Of a stretch of 45,905 nt of DNA, positions 38,494 to 45,905 are shown piece by piece. Numbering within the stretch: position 1 is the first letter of the stretch; each line of letters begins with the position of its first letter. The notes under the pieces were generated by a model. The model did not search any database and had not been told where the DNA came from. It saw only the letters and a program-made list of their open reading frames with translations. The position numbers were made by a program, and so were the translations under genes. Source of the stretch: Candidatus Roizmanbacteria bacterium CG_4_10_14_0_2_um_filter_36_35 (GTDB lineage Bacteria > Patescibacteriota > Microgenomatia > UBA1406 > GWC2-37-13); assembly GCA_002792355.1 (NCBI GenBank), contig PFOE01000064.1:1-45905 (forward strand), written 5' to 3'.

Positions 38494-40593
38494 ATGGCGC
38501 AACAAAGTATTATCACTAAAAATCGTAACGTTCCATTGGATAAAATCCGAAACGTCGGCATCATCGCCCACATCGATTCCGGAAAAACCACGACTACGGA
38601 AAGATTTCTTTTCTATACTGGACGCACCTATAAAATTGGCGACATCGACGAAGGGACTACTCAAATGGACTGGATGCCGCAGGAGCGAGAAAGAGGAATA
38701 ACGATTGTTTCTGCCGCAACAACTACTTTCTGGAAAGGAGTCAGAATTAATATTATTGACACTCCAGGTCATGTCGACTTTACCGCTGAAGTAGAAAGGT
38801 CACTTCGTGTTTTGGACGGAGGCGTGGTTATTTTCGATGCCGAAGAAGGAGTCCAATCACAGTCAGAGACTGTCTGGCGCCAGGCCGATAAATACATAGT
38901 GCCGAGAATTTGTTTTATTAATAAAATGGATAAATTGGGAGCTGATTTTGAAGCCACCGTTGGTGAAATCAAAGATCGCTTAGGTGCTCATCCTGCCGTA
39001 ATGACATATCCAATCGGTAAAGAACAAGAGTTCAAAGGAGTAGTTGATCTTCTGACAATGAAAGCAAAATATTGGGGTGAAGACCCTCAAGGAATCGAAT
39101 TCAGAGAAACAGATATTATTCCTGAAGAAATTAAAAATAAGGTAGTTAAAGCCCGGGCACTTCTGGTCGAAAAAATTTCTGAAACCGACGATAATCTTTT
39201 AGATAAATATCTTAATGGTGTAGAAATAACAGCTGACGAATTAAAATCTGCTTTAAGAAAAGCTACGATTGCTTATAAATTAATTCCTGTTTATTGTGGA
39301 ACTTCGCTACGAAACAAGGCGGTTCAGCCTATTCTTGACGCCATTGTCGATTACCTGCCTTCGCCTTTTGACTTAAAAGAGGTCAAAGGTATTAATCCGA
39401 CGACCAATGCCGAAGAACGCCGTCAACTTACTCCTGAGGAAAAATTTTCTGCACTGGCCTTCAAAATTCAACTCGACCCTCACGTGGGAAAATTGACATA
39501 TGCGAGAATTTATTCGGGAATATTGGAATCTGGATCTTACGTCTATAACATCAATCGTAACAAGCAGGAAAGAGTCAGCCGTGTTCTTTTAATGCATGCC
39601 AACAATCGAGAGGAAATTGACAAGGCCTATGCCGGCGAAATCGTCGCCTTGGTTGGTCCAAAAGATACCAAAACCGGTGATACTTTGGCTGACCCTGATA
39701 AACCAATTATTTTGGAAAAAATTATTTTTCCAGAACCAGTCATCTCTCTTGCAATTGAACCAAAAACTAAAGCCGACCAGGAAAAACTTTCCTATACTTT
39801 GCAAAGGCTGGCCGAAGAGGATCCGACCTTCAAAGTAAAAGTCAACCACGAAACCGGTCAGACAATTATGTCCGGCATGGGTGAACTTCACCTGGAAATT
39901 CTTGTTGATAGAATGAAACGGGAAATGAATATGAATGTCAATGTGGGCAAACCTCAGGTCGCCTATAAAGAAACTGTCACAAAAATTGTCCCAGAAGTCG
40001 AAGGTAAATATATTAAACAGACAGGCGGTCATGGTCAATATGGACACTGTGTCATTAAACTTGAACCCTTAGGCCGTGGTGAGGGATTCAAATTTGTCAA
40101 CAAAATTAGGGGGGGAACGATTCCTTCCGAGTTTATCGCCCCGGTTGAAAAAGGAGTGATTGAAGCAATGGAAAAAGGTGTTCTTTTGGGTTACCCTATG
40201 ACAGATTTACAGGTGACTCTTTTTGACGGCAGCTACCATGATGTTGACTCTTCAGACATTGCTTTTAAGATTGCCGGTTCAATAGCACTACAAGACGGAG
40301 CAAAACACGCCGGCTTGACTCTCCTTGAACCGATCATGAAACTGGAAGTCACCGTTCCGGAAAACTTTATGGGTGTTGTTATCGGCGACATTTCTAGCAA
40401 ACGGGGAAAGATTTTGGGAACGGAAAAAAGAGTCCGAGCGGTTATCATCAAAAGCACAGTCCCACTGGCCGAAATGTCAGGATATGCTACTATTCTTAGA
40501 TCTTTAACCGAAGGAAGAGGAATTTTCTACATGGAACCCTCCCACTACGAAGAAGTCCCGCGAAACATCGTCAAAGAAATGCTTCAGAAATAA
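38494..40593 (+). CDS. fusA: Elongation factor G
   Basis: [33 protein letters not shown]. Confidence 0.98.
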   Translation: MAQQSIITKNRNVPLDKIRNVGIIAHIDSGKTTTTERFLFYTGRTYKIGDIDEGTTQMDWMPQERERGITIVSAATTTFWKGVRINIIDTPGHVDFTAEVERSLRVLDGGVVIFDAEEGVQSQSETVWRQADKYIVPRICFINKMDKLGADFEATVGEIKDRLGAHPAVMTYPIGKEQEFKGVVDLLTMKAKYWGEDPQGIEFRETDIIPEEIKNKVVKARALLVEKISETDDNLLDKYLNGVEITADELKSALRKATIAYKLIPVYCGTSLRNKAVQPILDAIVDYLPSPFDLKEVKGINPTTNAEERRQLTPEEKFSALAFKIQLDPHVGKLTYARIYSGILESGSYVYNINRNKQERVSRVLLMHANNREEIDKAYAGEIVALVGPKDTKTGDTLADPDKPIILEKIIFPEPVISLAIEPKTKADQEKLSYTLQRLAEEDPTFKVKVNHETGQTIMSGMGELHLEILVDRMKREMNMNVNVGKPQVAYKETVTKIVPEVEGKYIKQTGGHGQYGHCVIKLEPLGRGEGFKFVNKIRGGTIPSEFIAPVEKGVIEAMEKGVLLGYPMTDLQVTLFDGSYHDVDSSDIAFKIAGSIALQDGAKHAGLTLLEPIMKLEVTVPENFMGVVIGDISSKRGKILGTEKRVRAVIIKSTVPLAEMSGYATILRSLTEGRGIFYMEPSHYEEVPRNIVKEMLQK

Positions 40594-41128
40594 GATCTTT
40601 AATGCTAATCAAATCTATAAAATCCCCTCCCATAAGTTTTTTTAAAATAATTGCTGTCGAAGTTGACTCGCCTATTATTTTTACTTTTCGTTTTTTCTTT
40701 TTTAAGAAAAATACTAAAGGATAAAAATCCCCATCTCCGCTAATTAAAATCATCTGATTGTATTCGGATATAAATCTCATTGCATCAAAAGTAAGATCGA
40801 CATCGCAGTTGGCTTTAATTTCTGGTTGCCTGTTGATTTTCTTTACAAAATAAGCATTACATTTAGGGCATTTTATATTTTTTACGATTGGCTTTTTATT
40901 ATATTTTTTTATCCTTTTTAATCTTAAAATATATCCTAATTTTTCTAGTTTTAAATAAGAGTTGTCTTCTAAAGATTCAACGCCGGCATAGAAAAATATT
41001 TTCTTTGCTAAGAATCTTTTTGTTAGATAATGATGTAATTTTCTATAATTTACCTTCCAACCGCCAGTTCTTCGAGCGCCGTAAATCAAATTAGAAACAT
41101 CAATAAAAACGTATGTTTTATTTGACAT
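40571..41128 (-). CDS. NYN (LabA/DUF88, PIN-like) domain protein
   Basis: [21 protein letters not shown]. Confidence 0.88.
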   Translation of the reverse strand: MSNKTYVFIDVSNLIYGARRTGGWKVNYRKLHHYLTKRFLAKKIFFYAGVESLEDNSYLKLEKLGYILRLKRIKKYNKKPIVKNIKCPKCNAYFVKKINRQPEIKANCDVDLTFDAMRFISEYNQMILISGDGDFYPLVFFLKKKKRKVKIIGESTSTAIILKKLMGGDFIDLISIKDLISEAFL

Positions 41129-41169
41129 TGACTTTTATAAAATTATCAGTAAAATATAATTAATACTTA

Positions 41170-41205
41170 AGAGAGGATTCTTTAAATGAGTCCTCTCTAT
41201 TTTTT
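41170..41205 (+). terminator. Intrinsic terminator-like hairpin
   Basis: 11-bp stem agagaggattc/gagtcctctct (one G-U), 7-nt loop, then a T6 run. Confidence 0.65.
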
Positions 41206-41510
41206 ATCTTTATAAGCCTTTTAACCTTAATAAATAATTTTGTCAACGGACTATACGCTACAAAAATATGAATTTAGATTATCTAATCAATCTATTTCTT
41301 TCGATATGCCACAATATTTACTTTAATTAAAGTCGGTTTTACACCTTCCTTCCATGTCTTATTTATAGAGCCTTGACCCAGCAAGAACGCTTAATAGAGA
41401 AATTTACCCCTTCCCCCTCTATATCTTACTTCAACACTTAACTCTTCGCTATTCGCTCGTCGTGTTGAAGAGCGATATTTGGAGGGTGCGCCCCCAAATG
41501 TAAATGGGGC

Positions 41511-41540
41511 TTGACAGTGAACAAATGTTTACTATATAAT
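41511..41540 (+). promoter_or_regulatory. lexA promoter with candidate SOS box
   Basis: TTGACA-18-TATAAT with AGTGAAC-aaat-GTTTACT occupying the spacer. Confidence 0.75.
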
Positions 41541-41544
41541 ATTT

Positions 41545-41622
41545 TGTCATTCCGAGCGGAGTCGAGGAATCTTTTTTAAGATCCCTCCATGCGCTCCCTT
41601 CGGTCGCTTAGTCGGGATGACA
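41545..41622. repeat. Family-A doublet forming the lexA 5' leader
   Basis: tgtcattccgagcggagtcgaggaatct...agatccctcc...cgggatgaca, then AGGAG and ATG. Confidence 0.9.
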
Positions 41623-41634
41623 AAAGGAGAAAAT

Positions 41635-42204
41635 ATGACAACCGATAGATTAAACATCTTAAAAAAATTTTTTAAAAAAAACCGCCGGCTTCCCTCTTAT
41701 TCAGAGATGCTCAAACTCTTTGGTTTCTCATCTAAAAACGCCGTTTTCAAACTCATTAATAAATGGGTGGAGGCGAACTTTCTTAAAAAGGAAAACGGAA
41801 AGCTCGCTCCAACCTCCAAATTTTTTGCCCTACCCATTCTCGGCAACATCAAGGCCGGCTTTCCAATTCTCGCCGAAGAAAATAAAAATTACCTCACCTT
41901 AGATGAATATCTCATCGAAGATCCTCAGTCTTCTTTTCTTCTCAAGGTCTCTGGAGATTCTATGATTGGCATTGGCATCTTTGAGGGAGATATCGTTATA
42001 ATCGAAAAGAAAAAAGAGGCTTTCACAGGCGATATTGTCCTTGCCCAGATTGACAATGAATGGACTTTGAAAATATTTAAAAAAGACCGTTTAAAAAAAA
42101 TTATCTTTTTGGAAGCAGCCAATCCCCGCTATCCTCCGTTCTATCCTCAAAATGAACTACAAATCTATGGTGTGGTTCGTGCTGTTATTAGAAAGATTAA
42201 CTAG
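41635..42204 (+). CDS. lexA: LexA-family repressor
   Basis: N-terminal wHTH (PSYSEM...FSSKNAV), AG cleavage site (KAGFP), GDSM Ser, TLK Lys. Confidence 0.85.
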   Translation: MTTDRLNILKKFFKKNRRLPSYSEMLKLFGFSSKNAVFKLINKWVEANFLKKENGKLAPTSKFFALPILGNIKAGFPILAEENKNYLTLDEYLIEDPQSSFLLKVSGDSMIGIGIFEGDIVIIEKKKEAFTGDIVLAQIDNEWTLKIFKKDRLKKIIFLEAANPRYPPFYPQNELQIYGVVRAVIRKIN

Positions 42205-43191
42205 CCTTAACTCTGTGGTAGTAACAATTGTTTGATATTCTTTCACTAAATTAACAATAATTTTTTGATTATCACGATCAAGTTCAGAAAAAATATCATC
42301 AAGAAGAATGATTGGTTTTTTTTGATATTGACTTTCAAAGTATCTAATTTCATTAAGTTTTAACCAAAAAATTGATAATCTTTGCTCGCTTCGAGAGCCA
42401 AAATGATGAATATTTTCCCCAGAAATTGAAATTTGAAAGTCATCTTTTTGCGGACCAATGATGGTTTTTCTAAGTCTTACTTCCTGATTGAAATTTTCTT
42501 CCAATCTTTCTTTGGTTATTTGATTTTTTAAATATTCTATAGAAAAACTTTTTGAATCAACCTCTCTATTTTGATTTAAAAAATCAATATAAGACTGTCT
42601 TTTTTCTGTCAGATATTCTCCTTGTTTAATCAAATAATCATTCCAAAAAGCCAGTTCTTCTTTTAATTTCTCTATTAATAATCTTGATTCAAGGATTTTA
42701 TTTCTTTTCCGAAGAGCTACATTGTAATTGTTAAGCTTATTTTTATATTCTAAATCAAAAATAGAGATGGTTTTATTAAAATAATTTCTTCTTAAACTTG
42801 GAGATCCAATGACAATATTGATTTGTTCAGGAGAAAAAAGAACGGTTTTAGTAAGTATATTCAAGTATTGTGATTTTTTCTTTTCTGTTTTGTTAATAAA
42901 AAATTTTTTTTCAATTCTATCATTAAATAAACTAGCCTTAATCTGATAAGAAAAGGGTTCGTTATTTTCGATCATAATCGCTTCAATCATCGTTTCTTTT
43001 TTTCCAAATAAAAGCAGTTCCTCCTCAAAGACTTCTCTAAACCCTACTCCGTTAACAATAAAATAAATTCCTTCAAGCAGATTAGTTTTTCCTTGAGAGT
43101 TTTTCCCAACAATAATCGTCAAGTACGGGCTAAAATCAAAGCTCTGTTTTTCAAAATTTCGAAAATTTTCTAAAAATAATTTTTTTATCAT
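42157..43191 (-). CDS. recF: DNA replication/repair protein RecF
   Basis: NFRNF, GKNSQGKTNLLE, GSPSLRR, GPQKDD, GSRSEQR, LLDDIFSELD. Confidence 0.93.
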   Translation of the reverse strand: MIKKLFLENFRNFEKQSFDFSPYLTIIVGKNSQGKTNLLEGIYFIVNGVGFREVFEEELLLFGKKETMIEAIMIENNEPFSYQIKASLFNDRIEKKFFINKTEKKKSQYLNILTKTVLFSPEQINIVIGSPSLRRNYFNKTISIFDLEYKNKLNNYNVALRKRNKILESRLLIEKLKEELAFWNDYLIKQGEYLTEKRQSYIDFLNQNREVDSKSFSIEYLKNQITKERLEENFNQEVRLRKTIIGPQKDDFQISISGENIHHFGSRSEQRLSIFWLKLNEIRYFESQYQKKPIILLDDIFSELDRDNQKIIVNLVKEYQTIVTTTELRLVNLSNNSTNHTIDL

Positions 43192-43247
43192 GAGGAATCT
43201 TTTATAGTTTGAAATAGATTTAATATTATGATATTCTATTATAAAGT

Positions 43248-43973
43248 ATGAATAAAAAACTTGCTTTTAAACGCATTCTCCTTAAAATTTCCGGAGAAAA
43301 TTTTGGCTCAGAAAAAGGTGGTTTGGATTTTAATAAGATCGGTCAAATTGCTTCAATTATTCAAAAGATAAGAAAAGATACCTGTGTTGAAATGGCAATT
43401 GTTGTCGGTGCCGGCAATCTTTTTCGTGGCCGCTATATTGAGAACACTCCGGTTGACCATGTTGTTGCAGATCAAATCGGTATGTTGGGAACAGTTATGA
43501 ATGCTCTTGCTCTTCAGGAAGAGATCGAACGCTTGGGTAATAATACCAGAGTCATGTCTGCGATACCGATTCATACTTTTTGTGAGTTATTTATAAGAAG
43601 AAGGACTATCCGTCATATAGAAAAAGGAAGAATTGTTATTTTGGCCGGCGGCACCGGTAATCCTTATTTCACGACCGATTCGGCAGCGGCTTTACGGGCA
43701 ACCGAGTTAAAATGCGACGTTCTTCTAAAAGCTGCAAACGTTGATGGAGTTTACGAAAAAGACCCTGAAAAATATCCTGATGCAAAAAAGATCGATTTTA
43801 TTGACTACCAGTCTGCTTTAGAAAAAGGAATTAATGTCATGGATAACACTGCTTTTGCTTTATGTCAAGGTAAACATATGCCGATTATCATTTTTCAATT
43901 CAGTCTGGAAAATATTAAAAAAATTCTTCGGGGAGAAAAAGTCGGCACTTTTGTTGGTGATAAACCCTTATAA
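43248..43973 (+). CDS. pyrH: UMP kinase
   Basis: LLKISGE, GAGNLFRG, GTGNPYFTTDSAAALRA. Confidence 0.96.
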   Translation: MNKKLAFKRILLKISGENFGSEKGGLDFNKIGQIASIIQKIRKDTCVEMAIVVGAGNLFRGRYIENTPVDHVVADQIGMLGTVMNALALQEEIERLGNNTRVMSAIPIHTFCELFIRRRTIRHIEKGRIVILAGGTGNPYFTTDSAAALRATELKCDVLLKAANVDGVYEKDPEKYPDAKKIDFIDYQSALEKGINVMDNTAFALCQGKHMPIIIFQFSLENIKKILRGEKVGTFVGDKPL

Positions 43974-44285
43974 AATCCCGCTGCCTAAACCGAAAATGGT
44001 TGCTAATAATTTCACTATTAAATAGGAAAATACTAAAAGTCCAAATCCGATAAAGCCGGTGGTTATTTTTGCCTGTGCTCCTTTGAGTTTTTCCGGATTA
44101 CCCTGAGACATCATATAATCATAACCTCCCCAGATTAAAACAAAAAGCAGAACGACTCCGGCAAGCGGAAGAAGGAACTCTAAAACTCGACTGACTAGCT
44201 GTCCCAAATTTTCAATTCCTTCGAGTGGTCCTTTGATCGTCTGACCACCGAAATTAATCGACTGACTTAGAAGTTGATTTTTCAT
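43968..44285 (-). CDS. CPR-type pilin (TrbC/VirB2-like)
   Basis: Two TM segments with LIWGGYDYMMSQGNPEKLKGAQAKIT. Confidence 0.75.
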   Translation of the reverse strand: MKNQLLSQSINFGGQTIKGPLEGIENLGQLVSRVLEFLLPLAGVVLLFVLIWGGYDYMMSQGNPEKLKGAQAKITTGFIGFGLLVFSYLIVKLLATIFGLGSGIL

Positions 44286-44914
44286 CTTTTATAACGATTA
44301 ATAACTTTAAACACCAAGAAAAAAAATAAATTTATTACTAAAACAAAAATTAAGTAATAGTTTATTTTACCTAATAAATTATTAAAAGAATACAGATTCA
44401 GTCTGATATCAAATACATAAAAAATTATGAAAGCTAAAATTATTAAAGGAACAAGTAAAACTATCCCTTCAAGGTCTTTGCTTGACGAAAACATATTAGA
44501 AGAAATAGAAAAGATTAAATAACCAAAAAGAATATTCAACCATAAATTCGTGTTTGGAAAAATATGATAAATAAATATTGCCGATAACAATGTTAAACTA
44601 AAAAAAAACGGGGCGATACCAACCAATATTCCTCTTAAAAAATCTCGCTTTATAAATTTAACTTCTCCGAGTTTTATTTCATTTTCCGAAAAGCTAGGAA
44701 AAATACTCATAGACTGAACTGGTAAAAGTAATAACAACGCTGTTATAAAATGAGCCGACTCATGGACAACTGTTCCTGGTAGGTAGATTAAACTTAGAAT
44801 AATATATATTAGTGGACTGGTTGAGAAAAACTTTCTAAAAAAAATAAAAATTTCTTTAATTGTTAATCTTGAAATTAAATAAACCGATAAAGTTAACAAT
44901 AAAAGAACAATCAT
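44282..44914 (-). CDS. M50-like membrane metalloprotease
   Basis: PGTVVHESAH (HExxH), GIAP, SSKD; multi-TM. Confidence 0.7.
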   Translation of the reverse strand: MIVLLLLTLSVYLISRLTIKEIFIFFRKFFSTSPLIYIILSLIYLPGTVVHESAHFITALLLLLPVQSMSIFPSFSENEIKLGEVKFIKRDFLRGILVGIAPFFFSLTLLSAIFIYHIFPNTNLWLNILFGYLIFSISSNMFSSSKDLEGIVLLVPLIILAFIIFYVFDIRLNLYSFNNLLGKINYYLIFVLVINLFFFLVFKVINRYKR

Positions 44915-45903
44915 TGTTTTATTTTAAGGTTTAAACCAACGCTTAAGCATTTAGGACAAAAAAGGGTAGAATTTTTTATAATTTCGGTTTGGAAATCATT
45001 GTTGCATTTATTGCAATGAACTTGTTTTTGATTAACTTCAACCATCTGAGTCTCTTCTACATCAAAGATTAAATCGCCTTTATCTACTCTCACCCTTATT
45101 ACATCGCCCGTCTTTACTTTGTTTCCAATGATAAGATTGGAAATGGGATTTTCAATTAATTTTTGAATTGCCCGCTTTAATGGTCTGGCTCCGTAAATCG
45201 AATCAAAACCCGCCTGAGCAATCTCTTCCACCACCTCGTCTTGATAGAAAAAACCGATCTCCTGGTCTTCGAGTAATTTCCCGACTCCTTTGAGCTGGAG
45301 CTTGACGATCTCGGCCATATTTTGGAAATTTAAAGGCTCAAAAACCGTCACTTCGTCGAAACGATTGACCAACTCGGGCTTGAAGAACTTTAGAAGCTCC
45401 GCTATCACCTTTTCTCTTATTTCTTGAAAATCATTTTTTGACTTTTGACTTGTACTTTTGACTTTATTCTTCGCCATTTCTACCTGAATCATCTTTGTAC
45501 CAATATTAGACGTGCAAATCACAACTGTATTTTTGAAAGAAATCACACGACCTTTATTGTCAGTCAGGCGACCATCATCCAATATTTGAAGAAGGATGTT
45601 AAATATATCAGGATGGGCTTTTTCGATCTCGTCAAAAAGCACGACTGAATACGGTTTTCTCCTCACTGCTTCAGTCAACTTCCCCCCCTCTTCATAACCA
45701 ACATATCCGGGTGGAGCGCCAAGAAGTTTGGCGACCTCATGTTTTTCCATAAATTCAGTCATGTCAAATCTGATCATCAGGTCTTCGCTGCCAAATAAAA
45801 CATCAGCTAGTGTTTTAGCTAATTCAGTTTTACCAACACCAGTTGGACCAAGAAAAACAAAGCTGCCAATTGGCCGATTGGCCGATTTTAGACCGGCGCG
45901 ACC
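44911..45903 (-). CDS. ClpB/ClpC-family AAA+ ATPase, C-terminal part (5' truncated) with C-terminal zinc ribbon
   Basis: GPTGVGKT, GAPPGYVGYEEGG, DEIEKAH, GARPLKR; CNKC...CPKC tail. Confidence 0.92.
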   Translation of the reverse strand, partial: GRAGLKSANRPIGSFVFLGPTGVGKTELAKTLADVLFGSEDLMIRFDMTEFMEKHEVAKLLGAPPGYVGYEEGGKLTEAVRRKPYSVVLFDEIEKAHPDIFNILLQILDDGRLTDNKGRVISFKNTVVICTSNIGTKMIQVEMAKNKVKSTSQKSKNDFQEIREKVIAELLKFFKPELVNRFDEVTVFEPLNFQNMAEIVKLQLKGVGKLLEDQEIGFFYQDEVVEEIAQAGFDSIYGARPLKRAIQKLIENPISNLIIGNKVKTGDVIRVRVDKGDLIFDVEETQMVEVNQKQVHCNKCNNDFQTEIIKNSTLFCPKCLSVGLNLKIKQ

Positions 45904-45905
45904 GC

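Noticed and set aside
30604-40593. Many short alternative-frame and antisense ORFs within rpoB, rpoC and fusA (and other genes)
   Set aside because: Shadow ORFs of long conserved genes with no recognisable motifs.
43192-43200. gaggaatct next to the recF start
   Set aside because: Matches an arm end but is too short and lacks the partner stem; cannot be distinguished from chance.
1-45905. tRNA/rRNA genes, prophage, alternative genetic code
   Set aside because: No cloverleaf or rRNA-like segments and no phage genes were seen. TGA is used as stop and RF2 is present.

Overview
AT-rich bacterial chromosome segment, most likely a Patescibacteria/CPR organism of Microgenomates type. This is inferred from the array of GT-C membrane glycosyltransferases, a CPR-type pilin, divergent RNA polymerase motifs and compact overlapping genes; RF2 and TGA stops indicate standard code 11. 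Gene content: a surface-glycosylation cluster (Wzx flippase, GT2/GT4, six GT-C/ArnT-like enzymes), dnaG-rpoD, prfB, ftsEX plus a coiled-coil M23 protein, a HigBA-like TA pair, rpoBC-rpsL-rpsG-fusA (no tuf), a NYN nuclease, lexA, recF, pyrH and a partial Clp ATPase. The most striking non-genic signal is a family of TGTC-tagged REP-like hairpin arms, consensus TGTC-ATTCC-variable-GGAAT-CT with compensatory stem changes, present as about 28 full or partial arms at 8 loci. They cluster densely around two identical small GIY-YIG nuclease genes just downstream of rpoD, where inverted arm pairs bracket whole genes or a promoter like cassettes. Elsewhere they sit in 5' leaders, are inserted in-frame in a glycosyltransferase, and even encode a signal-peptide core. 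I propose a candidate GIY-YIG-driven REP/cassette system analogous to RAYT/REPIN (hypothesis). At least three further repeat families are present. Other observations are a circularly permuted M23 peptidase, palindromic bidirectional -10 boxes with near-leaderless starts, and an RpoB rifampicin pocket altered at four key residues. All calls are by eye, without database searches.
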